This document shows positions 10,656 to 20,835 of a DNA stretch of 64,000 bases, piece by piece (within the stretch, counting starts at the first letter, position 1; each line of letters begins with the position of its first letter). The notes below the pieces were generated by a model. It worked only from the letters and a program-made list of their open reading frames with translations. It made no database searches and was not told the origin of the DNA. The position numbers and the translations under genes are program-made. The stretch comes from an uncultured bacterium (lineage in GTDB: Bacteria; Babelota; Babeliae; Babelales; JACPOV01): positions 177,558-241,557 of the forward strand of contig CAVUUR010000006.1 of NCBI GenBank assembly GCA_963744715.1. Reading direction: 5' to 3'.

Positions 10656-11417
10656 TTACATTTCACTCTTACAGTTATTATATATAATTTTAGCAAGCAT
10701 TAATCCTTGTGCCGGTGCATTAGGTAAAGAATGTTCAGGATTTTTTGCTTCTAAAATAGTGCGCACGTAATCGATTGATAATGAACGTCGCGAAGCAACT
10801 TCAACTGATGCTCCAACAATGCGTCTGATCATGTAACGCAAAAAACCTGGCCCTTGTACTTCAATGCGGCATGCATTAAATCGTTTAAAAAAATGTATAG
10901 TGATAGCATCAATGCGCCGAGTGGTGGTTATTTGCTCGTCACCGGTACAAAAAGATCGAAAATCATGTTCTCCCACAAATATTTGTAATGCTTCATATAG
11001 TTTTTTGTCATCACATGGTCGTTGTAGTGCATATCCATAACGCGCTAAAAATGGTAATGGCCTTTGATTAAAAATATGATACCAATATATTTTTTGTTTA
11101 ACGGCGCGTTGTGGATGAAATGTTTCATCACTACTGCATAATGATCTAATGACGATATCTCCCGGCAATGCATTATTCCATGCACGCATCATAGTAGCAG
11201 GATCAAGATGTAAATCAGTAATAACTAAAGCAACTTGCCCCAATGCATGTACGCCGGCATCAGTACGCGAAGCGCCAATAATTTTTACTGGCTTGCTAAA
11301 AACATGCAAAAACGTAGATTCTAAAATATTAGCAACAGCTACCGCATGTGGTTGTACTTGCCAACCAGCATAACGAGTGCCGTCATACGCAACGAGTAAC
11401 TTATAATAAAAAGGCAT
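10656..11417 (-). CDS. truA: tRNA pseudouridine(38-40) synthase TruA
   Basis: YDGT.Y.GWQ.Q, SRTDAGVHA, G.HDF.SF, FLRYMIRRIVG, APAQGL. Confidence 0.97.
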   Translation of the reverse strand: MPFYYKLLVAYDGTRYAGWQVQPHAVAVANILESTFLHVFSKPVKIIGASRTDAGVHALGQVALVITDLHLDPATMMRAWNNALPGDIVIRSLCSSDETFHPQRAVKQKIYWYHIFNQRPLPFLARYGYALQRPCDDKKLYEALQIFVGEHDFRSFCTGDEQITTTRRIDAITIHFFKRFNACRIEVQGPGFLRYMIRRIVGASVEVASRRSLSIDYVRTILEAKNPEHSLPNAPAQGLMLAKIIYNNCKSEM

Positions 11418-11428
11418 AGATAAAAAAC

Positions 11429-13227
11429 TTATTTACGCAGCGATGAACGTAAGACTTTTTTACGCAAACGGATATGATGCGGAGTAACTTCAATAAGTTC
11501 ATCAGGTTGAATCCATTCCATACAACGTTTCAAGTTCCATAATACGTGGTGGTTCTAATTTAATAGATCATCAGTACCTGATGCACGCATATTAGTTAAC
11601 TTTTTTTCTTTACATGGATTAACATCCATATCATCTTCACGGCTATTTTCACCAATAATCATACCTTCATAAATCTTGTCGCCGGGTTCAACAAAAAGAA
11701 TTCCACGTTCTTGAAGATTATCTAAAGCATAAGCTGTAGCAGTGCCATTTTCCATAGAAACAAGGCACCCTTAGTACGCATAGTGATATCGCCTTTATAT
11801 GGTTGATACCCATAAAAATTAAAGTTGAAAATACCGGTTCCACGAGTATCGGTTAAAAATTGGCTTCTAAAACCAAATAAGTCCTCGTGAAGGAATTTGA
11901 AATTCCATACGAATTCGTCCATTGGCATAGAGGAACTAAATTTTTCATTTCAGCTTTTTTCGTCCCAATCGTTCCATAACAATTCCTTGATATTCTTCAT
12001 GAATATCAATAACCAAATATTCAATTGGTTCACATTTAACACCATCAATCGTTTTATAAATAACTTCAGGTGCTGAAACTTGAAATTCAAATCCTTCACG
12101 ACGCATATTTTCAAATAAAATACCTAAATGTAGTTGACCTCTTCCAGAAACTTTAAACATTTCAGGGGAATCAGTAGGCTCAACTCGTAATGCGACGTTT
12201 GTTTTTAATTCTTTTTCTAAACGATCTTTAATTTGTCGTGACGTTAATAACGATCCTTCTTGACCATTAAAAGGAGAATCGTTCACCGATACATATATCG
12301 ACATGGTCGGTTCATCGATAGCAACATACGGATAGTGGTAATGGATTGATCAACCTCACAAATGGTAGTACCAATAGTAACCGGCTCATAAAACCAGTAA
12401 CGGCAACAATATCACCATAACGAACTGTCTTTGCCTCTCTATTTTCTCAAGGCCCATGAAGTATATAATTTGGTAACTTTAAATGGTCGGCTTACCTTTG
12501 ATCATCTTTAGCACAAACCACATGCTTGACCAACACTTAAAGAACCACTAAACATTCTTCCAATGGCAATGGTGCCAAGAAAATCAGAATAATCTAAGTT
12601 AGTCATTAAAATCTGTAAATGATCCGCCGTGGTGTCGGAGCAGGAATATACTTTATAATTGCTTCAAAAAGTGGTTTCATATCACCAGTTTTTGCATTAG
12701 GATCATGTGCTAACAAAACCAAGCTTTGAAGAACCATATAAAATAGGAAAATCAAGCTGATTATCATTGTGTTGCAAGATCTAAAAAAAGATCATGAATT
12801 GATGATTCAGTTCGTGCAATATCAGCATCCGGTCGATCAATTTTATTAATAAGAACAATTGGTCTTAAATTAAGCTCAAGCGCTTTGCGTAACACAAAAC
12901 GTGTTCCAGGCAAAACACCTTCAGCCGCATCGACTAATAGTAAAAATCCTTCTACCATTTGCAAGGTACGTTCCACTTCACCACCAAAATCAGTGTGACC
13001 AGGAGTATCGACAATATTAATATTATAACCATTATAAGAAATACCGGTATTTTTTGCTAAAATCGTAATTCCACGTTCTTTTTCTAGATCATTTGAGTCC
13101 ATTACACGTTCAGTATCAGTAGCATATGATGCGTACCAGATTGGCGCAATAATTTATCAACCAGGGTTGTTTTTCCATGGTCAACGTGGGCAATAATAGC
13201 AATATTTCTTATATTTGGCTGTTCCAT
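11429..13227 (-). pseudogene. typA: translational GTPase TypA/BipA, broken by many indels as sequenced (probably read errors)
   Basis: Fragments [90 protein letters not shown]. Confidence 0.93.
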
Positions 13228-13310
13228 TGTCTCTATTTTCGTTATCTGCAAAATCAAAGGGTCATTAATATAAAATACTTATTCTTATTGTAAATAATTT
13301 TTTACAAAAT

Positions 13311-13348
13311 GTCTAAGGGTAAAAAATAGCCGTTTTTTACCCTTAGAC
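13311..13348. terminator. perfect 16-bp inverted repeat, probable intrinsic terminator of the 13374..14036 gene
   Basis: GTCTAAGGGTAAAAAA-tagccg-TTTTTTACCCTTAGAC. Confidence 0.65.
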
Positions 13349-13373
13349 CCTTAAAATTTTTAAAAAATCGTCT

Positions 13374-14036
13374 TTATGACTCGCCGAGTAAACTATTACT
13401 TCTTTTACAGCCTTGATTTGATCCCATTTGCATAAGGGCTGTTTTTGCATTATCTGTTATCACAGACTCTACAACACTAACTTTATTCCAATCAGTTGTG
13501 ACGGCTTTGCATCGATTTGAAAATTTTGTATCAACTTTCGGAGAAGATGTGCCACAATTTTTTTTAGGCGTTGTGAACAGTTCTTTATTGGCGCAGACTA
13601 TACCACATAATTTTTCTAGTGTTTCAGTAGCTATTTTTTCTTTTTCCGCTTCGCTAACATTTAAAGCTCTATAAGAAGTTACTAATTCTTTAGCAATATC
13701 TAACGATAAGCTCTTTAATTTTTTGTTTTGATCTTTCTTAATTTTTAATTCATCCGTCATTTTTGCAACATACTTCGCAACTCTTTTTTCGCGCTCCTTG
13801 ATTTCTTCCCTCAGCATAGCATTTTCTTGCGTAATTTTTTCCAATTGACCTTTTAGTTGATTTTCCGTTTTGCTACTAGGAAACCAAAGAACGATATTTG
13901 GATTAACACTACTTGGATTATCCAACGCAGTCTTAACAAACGTGCTCCAACCTAAAGTGGATTCTGCTGTCCCGTTTGTCTTTATACTTTGCGCAGAAAA
14001 AAGAGTTAACGTTAATAAAAAAATTTGTTGTTTCAT
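13374..14036 (-). CDS. exported coiled-coil hypothetical protein
   Basis: Signal-peptide-like N-terminus; K/E-rich heptad central region; AAGGA RBS. Confidence 0.65.
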   Translation of the reverse strand: MKQQIFLLTLTLFSAQSIKTNGTAESTLGWSTFVKTALDNPSSVNPNIVLWFPSSKTENQLKGQLEKITQENAMLREEIKEREKRVAKYVAKMTDELKIKKDQNKKLKSLSLDIAKELVTSYRALNVSEAEKEKIATETLEKLCGIVCANKELFTTPKKNCGTSSPKVDTKFSNRCKAVTTDWNKVSVVESVITDNAKTALMQMGSNQGCKRSNSLLGES

Positions 14037-14169
14037 AAAAAGATTTCCTTATAAAAAAATTTAAGAATACAAATACAGGGTTTTATCAGATTTAATTATT
14101 TTTGTCAAATATTTTTCCAAGAACTATCCTATCTTGCACGATACAATTCAAAAATATCATCCTAAAAAC

Positions 14170-14203
14170 AAAAAAAGACAAGATAAAAAACCTTGTCTTT
14201 TTT
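14170..14203 (-). terminator. intrinsic terminator after rpsR
   Basis: AAAAAAGACAAG...CTTGTCTTTTTT hairpin with flanking A/T tracts. Confidence 0.7.
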
Positions 14204-14229
14204 ATGAAAAATTATGTATTACTTATCTA

Positions 14230-14526
14230 CTAAAATTCGGGAGCGTAATAAGGAATAAGCGCCATCACTCGTGATTTTTTGATCATGCATGATAACACGC
14301 GTTGATGATGTGCGCACGTACCAGAAATACGAGAAGGAAGAATTTTTCCTCGCTCGGTTAAAAAACTTCTCAAAAGCGGTGCATTTTTATAATCAAGCAT
14401 CGGAACTTGATTTTCTTTTACATTACAGAAACGACAATTTTTACGCGGAGCAAACGCAAGTCTTCGCGCTTTTTTGCGCAATAAACGACCACTTACTTTT
14501 AATTTTGCCAATTTTTTCTTAGCCAC
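14230..14526 (-). CDS. rpsR: 30S ribosomal protein S18 (Zn-binding type)
   Basis: [36 protein letters not shown] start with GAGG RBS. Confidence 0.97.
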   Translation of the reverse strand: MAKKKLAKLKVSGRLLRKKARRLAFAPRKNCRFCNVKENQVPMLDYKNAPLLRSFLTERGKILPSRISGTCAHHQRVLSCMIKKSRVMALIPYYAPEF

Positions 14527-14542
14527 AGCTTTACCTCAATTA

Positions 14543-15043
14543 TTAATCAGATTCACTATCTTCATCTAAATCATCTTCATCCAACACGCTATCAGAAATT
14601 CGGTCAACATGCTTATCATGTGACGAGGCATTATTATTTAGTAATCCCTTCATCTTGTTATCACGCAAGAAGGTATCAACGTCTTGCGTTGGCATGTCTT
14701 CCAATGATTCCGGTTTAAAGTAGGCTATCGGCTGTTTTGATGATAATTTACTGGTTAAATGACGCATAATAATTGAGCCATGTTTAACCATAAAAAATGA
14801 ATCAATATCTTTAAAAAGAGAACCAAGATTTACTTCTTGCTTTGCCTGAAAGCGAACTAGAAAATATACCCCGTAATCATTATTTCTTACAGGATATGCA
14901 AGTCTATACTTGCCCCATCGCTCAAAGGAGTTGATCAACCCTTGTTCTTTTTTAATAATTTGTTCAAATTGTTTTTCTAATGAAGCAGATTCATCGGCAG
15001 TAATTTCAGGAACTGCGAGAACCAGCGTTTCATATTGTAGCAT
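14543..15043 (-). CDS. rpsF: 30S ribosomal protein S6 with long acidic C-terminal extension
   Basis: YETLVL..P, WGKYRLAYPV, GVYFL, IMRH. Confidence 0.93.
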   Translation of the reverse strand: MLQYETLVLAVPEITADESASLEKQFEQIIKKEQGLINSFERWGKYRLAYPVRNNDYGVYFLVRFQAKQEVNLGSLFKDIDSFFMVKHGSIIMRHLTSKLSSKQPIAYFKPESLEDMPTQDVDTFLRDNKMKGLLNNNASSHDKHVDRISDSVLDEDDLDEDSESD

Positions 15044-15153
15044 AATAAAAATCCTTTAAAAAAAAGTACACCAACTGGAAGCGCTTCTAGGAAGCACTAT
15101 AAAACAACCATTGTTTTATTTAGCATAACGTTACTGCCATAGTAACCTTAAAA

Positions 15154-15191
15154 AAGCAAAAAAAGCCAGAACAATCTAGCTTTTTTTGCTT
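15154..15191 (-). terminator. intrinsic terminator after the LexA-like gene
   Basis: AAGCAAAAAAAGC...GCTTTTTTTGCTT inverted repeat. Confidence 0.6.
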
Positions 15192-15223
15192 AAAAGTTAT
15201 AGAAAAGCAATCTTATAAACTGC

Positions 15224-15898
15224 TTATACTAATTTTTGATTACGTTGAATAACGCGACCAATAATTCTAAAATGGTCTTTACCACGAATAAGCGCAACCG
15301 GCGCTTGCTTGTGGTTAACCGATTCAAGAACAATAAAATCTTCAGTATACGTTACCTGCATAATAGCTTTTAATGGGGTGTCATTACCATATTCAACAGC
15401 CGCGATATCCCCTGAACGAGTCCATACTTCTGGAGAAATGATTAATAAATCACCTTTTACAAACATTGGTGCCATTAAGTTATTATCGATTGCAAAGTGC
15501 AAACATTGCATTGTCCGTTGTATTTAATACAGGAACAAATTCATCTTTGTGACCACTGGTAATTTGCATTAATTGATTATTATATGGTGATGGATTTGAA
15601 GGAATTTCCCCAACAACAGGTACTATTTGAACCTTTAAGTTAACATCAGACTTGTTCAGGCATGCTCACATTGCTATCGATATTATCGGTACGTTGACGG
15701 CGTTGTGCAAAAAGGTCGACAGGGCTAATTTCAAAAGCATTTGCTAATTTTTTTAAAGAGTCTTCATTCCAACGTCTGTGTACCATTTTTTATATGAGTT
15801 AGATAACTTTCAGACATACCAGTTTTTTCAGCTAAAATCTTAGTAGTCCAGCCTTTTTCTCTGAGCAGCTCTTTTACGCGTAACTCAGTTGATGACAT
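15224..15898 (-). CDS. XRE-family HTH plus S24-peptidase-like (LexA/CI-type) transcriptional regulator, with apparent frameshifts
   Basis: Manual translation MSSTELRVKELLREKGWTTKILAEKTGMSESYLTHIKNG (HTH), VPVVGEI, FALAIDNNLMAPMFVKGDLLII, GDIAAV, LESVN, IIGRVI; GAGGAG RBS. Confidence 0.8.
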
Positions 15899-16010
15899 AA
15901 TAAACTCCTCTTGGTATATTTTTGATTAAAATATGATAGTATGGTTATACAACTGCATTAATTCTAATTGTACTCTCTTTATTATTCTTGTCAAATGGAA
16001 AAGATTACTC

Positions 16011-16706
16011 ATGGTAACTAAAGCATATAAAGACCGATTCAATAAAAATTTTTTTGAATCGTCCGCCTGGCAGCTTAATAACCTGGTATGCGGCATTGAT
16101 GAGGTTGGCCGAGGTTGCCTGGCAGGGCCTGTTGTTACCGGGGCAGTTATTCTCTATCCGCATAAAAAAAGTCGTTTAATTAAAGATTCCAAACTACTCA
16201 CCCAGGAAGAATTGGCAGTAGCCTATTCATGGGTGGTCAAAAATTCATGGTTTAGCTTTGCCATTATCAGCGCTCGAGATATTGATAAATATAACATTTA
16301 TCATGCCACCCTACGGGCTATGAAACGGGCAGTTATGCAATTATTGAGTAATTGCCCACAAGCACCTTCACAAATAGTTATTGATGCCATGCCTCTTAAC
16401 CTGATGGGCACCCCGTATGAGCATATTGATGTTTTTCATTTTCCTTTTGGTGAAAGTAAATCGATATCCATTGCCGCCGCCTCAATTGTAGCCAAAGTAA
16501 AGCGGGATCAATTAATGCGCACTATCGCCCCTTCATTTCCCCCCTATCATTTTGCTCGCCATAAAGGATATAGTACAAAACTTCATCAAGAAGCGGTCAA
16601 AAAGCATGGGCGAATCATTATTCATCGAATTAAATTTTTAGAAAATAAGCATTTCACCCAACCAGAAATAGGTAATCCTGATGGAGACCAGCAAACCCTT
16701 TGCTGA
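16011..16706 (+). CDS. rnhB: ribonuclease HII
   Basis: GIDEVGRGCLAGPV, DSKLL, IAAASIVAKV.RD, HKGY.T..H. Confidence 0.97.
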   Translation: MVTKAYKDRFNKNFFESSAWQLNNLVCGIDEVGRGCLAGPVVTGAVILYPHKKSRLIKDSKLLTQEELAVAYSWVVKNSWFSFAIISARDIDKYNIYHATLRAMKRAVMQLLSNCPQAPSQIVIDAMPLNLMGTPYEHIDVFHFPFGESKSISIAAASIVAKVKRDQLMRTIAPSFPPYHFARHKGYSTKLHQEAVKKHGRIIIHRIKFLENKHFTQPEIGNPDGDQQTLC

Positions 16707-17277
16707 AATTATAGAAAGTTCATTAACCGGCTGGCTTGCCCAAAGTTGGCAATGGGATCAATTTCCTTCATTCGGCTCTGTTATTACTATTGAAACAAAA
16801 AAACGGATACTTTTTGGTATTGTACATCAAATTGAAACAGGCTCTATGGATCCTGTACGTTATCCATTTGCCTATCAAAAAACAGAAGAAGAACTGCTAC
16901 AGGAACAACCTCAAATTTTCGAATTCCTCAAAACAACCTTTCATTGTTTGACTATCGGCTACCAAGAACAGGGAGCACCTATTACCTATCAATTAGCTCC
17001 GGAACCCCCCAAAATTCATGCATTTGCTGCTTGCGCATCACGCCAACTATATAAAAATTTTTTTGCAAACAATCAGTACCTCCACATTCTTTTTGGCCTT
17101 TCAAATAGTATATTTAATCTTGACGAACTATTGCTTGCCATTTTAAAACAACTGAAAGATCAGGATATCCTTACTGAAGTTACCGTTGCCAATTTCATCG
17201 ATACTTTTTCCTTATTGACCGGCAATGATTACAAACGGTTAAAATTATTCTTGCAACGAGCAGAACAAATTATATAG
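16681..17277 (+). CDS. HAS-barrel domain-containing protein
   Basis: AEIIESS....AQ, P.FGS, G.V..IETGS.DP, EEL..EQPQIFE.L.T.F, P.PP.IH resemble stand-alone HAS-barrel proteins usually linked to HerA/NurA. Confidence 0.65.
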   Translation: METSKPFAEIIESSLTGWLAQSWQWDQFPSFGSVITIETKKRILFGIVHQIETGSMDPVRYPFAYQKTEEELLQEQPQIFEFLKTTFHCLTIGYQEQGAPITYQLAPEPPKIHAFAACASRQLYKNFFANNQYLHILFGLSNSIFNLDELLLAILKQLKDQDILTEVTVANFIDTFSLLTGNDYKRLKLFLQRAEQII

Positions 17278-17310
17278 CTTTTCACTAATTCTTCATAAAA
17301 AAGGAAAATA

Positions 17311-17823
17311 GTGAATAATTATGTAGTACTATGCAGTGCCTTATTTACAATCTTTTCGACACTTGCAGCAATGGAATTAACAGAAGATAACCCTGTTGCA
17401 TTATTTATAACCAAGATTGTTCAAGCCCATCCTAATAATAATTCCTATGTATGGCATAATACTATTGACCATACCAGAAAAGGTTCTGGCACGTTATACG
17501 ATTATTTTGAGCTAGGCAGTTCTGTTAACGTAATTTCCAGCATAAGGCTACCAGAAGAAAAACAGCATGATTACGTTGATCAAATGCTCAAAGGAATATC
17601 GACTTTCGATTACAACGATAACACTATACTCATATTAACTGGCGCAGAAGAAACCATTAAAGAGGTCGTCCAACAAAAAGAACGTAAAAAAGCTACACGG
17701 TTAGCAAATACCAACAAATCCTCATTACTGTTATTTGGAAGTTTTGTTGCTGCCTGTACTATTATGGCAACCTTAACTACGCAACGTTTAATGCGCACCT
17801 ATATACCTAAACTATACCAATAA
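17311..17823 (+). CDS. hypothetical protein with signal peptide and C-terminal membrane helix
   Basis: GTG start with AAGGA RBS; hydrophobic N- and C-terminal segments. Confidence 0.6.
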   Translation: MNNYVVLCSALFTIFSTLAAMELTEDNPVALFITKIVQAHPNNNSYVWHNTIDHTRKGSGTLYDYFELGSSVNVISSIRLPEEKQHDYVDQMLKGISTFDYNDNTILILTGAEETIKEVVQQKERKKATRLANTNKSSLLLFGSFVAACTIMATLTTQRLMRTYIPKLYQ

Positions 17824-17909
17824 TTCTCATTCAACCCCCTGCTTACATTTATTTATAATTCAGATATACTAATAAATTAAGAATATCTTATTAAAAAATT
17901 GTTTAATAG

Positions 17910-18896
17910 ATGAGAGATTGTTTCATGCGTTCTTTTTTTACTGTTATATTGTTTTTTCCCCTCTATACCTGGTGTAGTGATACTATTGTTTCACCTGCAC
18001 AGAATGTAAGTATGAACCAAACAAAACCTATCACTCACGAACGCATTCACCCTAAAAATATTCTTCTTTCATGGTTGTATACCAGTGTATTGAGTAAACC
18101 ATTACGATTATTACTCACACAGCGTTGGGTAAGTATAGGAGTTGGCTGGCTGGCTAATCGATCATTGAGTAAATATTTAATACCGGCATTTATACAAGCA
18201 CAACATATAAATACGCAAGAGATACTTCCGGAAGAATATGCAACGTTTAATGAATTTTTCTATAGAAAACTAAAACCGGATGCTCGCCCCATTGATAATG
18301 ACCCTGCATCATTCATATCCCCTTGTGATGGCAATTTGATGATTGTTCCTGATATTACGCCGACGACTGAATTTTTAGTAAAAAATAAATCTTTCAATCT
18401 TGAATGTTTTTTGCATGATAAAAATCTTGCTGAAAAATTCTACCACGGCACTATGGTGGTTATTTATCTTGCTCCTTCCGATTATCACCGTTTCCATGCG
18501 CCACTTGATTGTATCCCAGAACAAGCAATTCGCATTAATGGAAAATATGAATCAGTTAATACCATTGTGTACCAAGCAGGCATTCAACCATTAACGGAAA
18601 ATGAACGCCAGTTAACGATATTAAAAACATCCTCCGCAGGTGACATTGCTTATGTTTCTGTGGGAGCACTTTTCGTTGGCGGCATTACCCATACTTATCA
18701 AGCAGGACAACTATCAACAAAAGGTGATGATTTTGGTTATTTCTCTTTCGGCGGATCTACTGTAGTATTATTATTACAACCAAATACGTTTAATATTAAT
18801 CCTGCATTAGAACAAGAACTCAAAAAACATGGAAATGCATCAATAAAAATGGGTATGCCTTTAGGAACTATTATTCAAAACAATCAGTTCGAATAA
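17910..18896 (+). CDS. psd: phosphatidylserine decarboxylase proenzyme
   Basis: FNEFFYRKLKPDARPI, SPCDG, YLAPSDYHRFH, NER, FGGST autocleavage motif. Confidence 0.95.
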   Translation: MRDCFMRSFFTVILFFPLYTWCSDTIVSPAQNVSMNQTKPITHERIHPKNILLSWLYTSVLSKPLRLLLTQRWVSIGVGWLANRSLSKYLIPAFIQAQHINTQEILPEEYATFNEFFYRKLKPDARPIDNDPASFISPCDGNLMIVPDITPTTEFLVKNKSFNLECFLHDKNLAEKFYHGTMVVIYLAPSDYHRFHAPLDCIPEQAIRINGKYESVNTIVYQAGIQPLTENERQLTILKTSSAGDIAYVSVGALFVGGITHTYQAGQLSTKGDDFGYFSFGGSTVVLLLQPNTFNINPALEQELKKHGNASIKMGMPLGTIIQNNQFE

Positions 18897-18931
18897 AAAA
18901 TTGTTTTTGCGGTTTTGTATAAGGAAAATAT

Positions 18932-19825
18932 ATGTTTAATATCATCAAAAGTACGCTACATACCTTATATGCCTCATTCACTACTAAAATTAATACCTTG
19001 TTTGCACAAACTTCTGTTGACGATAAAACGCTACAAGAACTTGAACAACTCTTAATACAAGCCGATACTGGTTTTGCCGTCAGCAAAGAAATCATAAACG
19101 CCATTAAAATTACTCGTAAAAAACAACCAATGAATGATGGCGCCATGTTAAAAAATATTCTTGAACAGGAATTAATAAAACGATTAACGCCGTATACTAT
19201 TCCCCAAACTGCCAAAACAGTATATTTATTAGTGGGAGTAAATGGAAGCGGCAAAACAACCTTTGCCGGTAGATTTGCACAACAATATACCCAACAAGGA
19301 AAAAAAGTTTTACTTGCAGCGGGGGATACCTTTCGGGCAGCAGCAACGGAACAACTCACTCTCTGGGCGCAAAAAAGTAACGCTGATATTGTTAAAGGCG
19401 CAGAAGATCAAGATCCTGGATCGGTGGTTTTTTCTGCATGCCAACAATTCATCACCGGAAACTACGATATCTTAATTATTGATACGGCAGGTCGCTTACA
19501 AACAAAAATTAATCTTATGCATGAATTGGCAAAAATAAAACGAATTATCGAACGCCAACTTCCTACTCACACGGTAGTAACCTTACTAACCATCGATGCA
19601 ATGCTCGGCCAAAATTCATTGGAGCAAGCCCGCTTATTTAATGAAAGTACAACAATTAATGGTATCGTTTTGACAAAAATGGACGGAACCGGAAAAGGCG
19701 GCATCGTCTTTGCCATAAATCATGCCCTTACCATTCCTGTTGCCTATATTTCTGCAGGTGAACAGGTAGATATGTTACAACGTTTTGATCCAACTGCTTA
19801 CGTTAAGCATCTTTTAAACGCATAA
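18932..19825 (+). CDS. ftsY: SRP receptor FtsY (NG domain only)
   Basis: GVNGSGKTT, DTFRAAA.EQL, DTAGR, TKMDGTGKGG. Confidence 0.97.
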   Translation: MFNIIKSTLHTLYASFTTKINTLFAQTSVDDKTLQELEQLLIQADTGFAVSKEIINAIKITRKKQPMNDGAMLKNILEQELIKRLTPYTIPQTAKTVYLLVGVNGSGKTTFAGRFAQQYTQQGKKVLLAAGDTFRAAATEQLTLWAQKSNADIVKGAEDQDPGSVVFSACQQFITGNYDILIIDTAGRLQTKINLMHELAKIKRIIERQLPTHTVVTLLTIDAMLGQNSLEQARLFNESTTINGIVLTKMDGTGKGGIVFAINHALTIPVAYISAGEQVDMLQRFDPTAYVKHLLNA

Positions 19826-19900
19826 CATTACTCAATTTATTTCCCCCATAAAATAACTATCTAGTACATATACTTAACTTTTCTAGCAAATCTTAGTATA

Positions 19901-19925
19901 ACCAACAATAAATGTTATTGTTGGT
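19901..19925. promoter_or_regulatory. perfect 11-bp inverted repeat abutting the prmC RBS
   Basis: ACCAACAATAA-atg-TTATTGTTGGT directly followed by AAAGGA. Confidence 0.4.
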
Positions 19926-19937
19926 AAAGGAATAATC

Positions 19938-20831
19938 ATGGAACGCATCGTAATACCTTTTATTAATCAAATAGCCAAACAGTTAGCACCAATTTATCAA
20001 CATACCAATGAACAAGAGCAAGTTACATGGTGGCTGATACAAAAACTTACTGGTATTGAGCAAGCAACCTTATTAGCTCACAGTACTATTGAATTAACTG
20101 AACAACAAGAACAAACACTGGCCACATGGATTAACAATCATGTAGTTAATCATATGCCATTACAATATATATTGGGCACCGTCCCTTTTAATGATCTTGA
20201 AATAATCGTTGAGCCTCCGGTATTAATACCTCGCCCTGAAACAGAAGAATGGTGTCTAACCTTATGCTCACAACTCAAACCACTTACTTCCAAAAAAATT
20301 CATCTTACTATTCTTGATCTCTGCACAGGAACTGGCTGTATAGCATTAACGTTAGCAAAGGAATTATCATATGCACAGGTATATGCAACGGATATAGCTG
20401 ACTTCGCTCTTGCTTTAGCCAAAAAAAACGCTGCTCACAATACTATTAACAATGTTACGTTCATACAATCTGATATCTATGAAAACATTCCTACTGATCT
20501 TACCTTTGATTTGATCGTTGCGAATCCTCCTTATATTACCGCTAAAGAGTGGAAAAAAATGGATCCAATGGTAACCGAATGGGAAGATAAACAGGCACTC
20601 GTTGCAGAACATGAAGGTTTGGCAATAATAGAAAAAATTATTAAAGGTGCGCAGCAACGGCTCAAAGAAAATCTTGCAATGAAAATGCTTAATATTCCGC
20701 AACTTGTTATTGAAATAGGATACCGACAAGGAGAGCGCGTTAAAGAACTTATGCATAACAATGTTTTTAACCATATTGCTCTACATAAAGACCTTGAAGG
20801 AAAGGATCGTTTAGTAACGGGAAGGATGTAA
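19938..20831 (+). CDS. prmC: release factor glutamine methyltransferase
   Basis: PLQYILG, VLIPRPETE, LDLCTGTGCIA, NPPY, EIGY.QG. Confidence 0.96.
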   Translation: MERIVIPFINQIAKQLAPIYQHTNEQEQVTWWLIQKLTGIEQATLLAHSTIELTEQQEQTLATWINNHVVNHMPLQYILGTVPFNDLEIIVEPPVLIPRPETEEWCLTLCSQLKPLTSKKIHLTILDLCTGTGCIALTLAKELSYAQVYATDIADFALALAKKNAAHNTINNVTFIQSDIYENIPTDLTFDLIVANPPYITAKEWKKMDPMVTEWEDKQALVAEHEGLAIIEKIIKGAQQRLKENLAMKMLNIPQLVIEIGYRQGERVKELMHNNVFNHIALHKDLEGKDRLVTGRM

Positions 20832-20835
20832 AATA

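Noticed and set aside
15044..15150. S6:S18-binding rpsF leader RNA
   Set aside because: Could not identify the CCG-bulged stem pairing with the RBS by eye; needs a covariance-model search
15224..15898. Prophage repressor marking a prophage
   Set aside because: Flanked by rpsF and rnhB; no integrase or phage genes in the window
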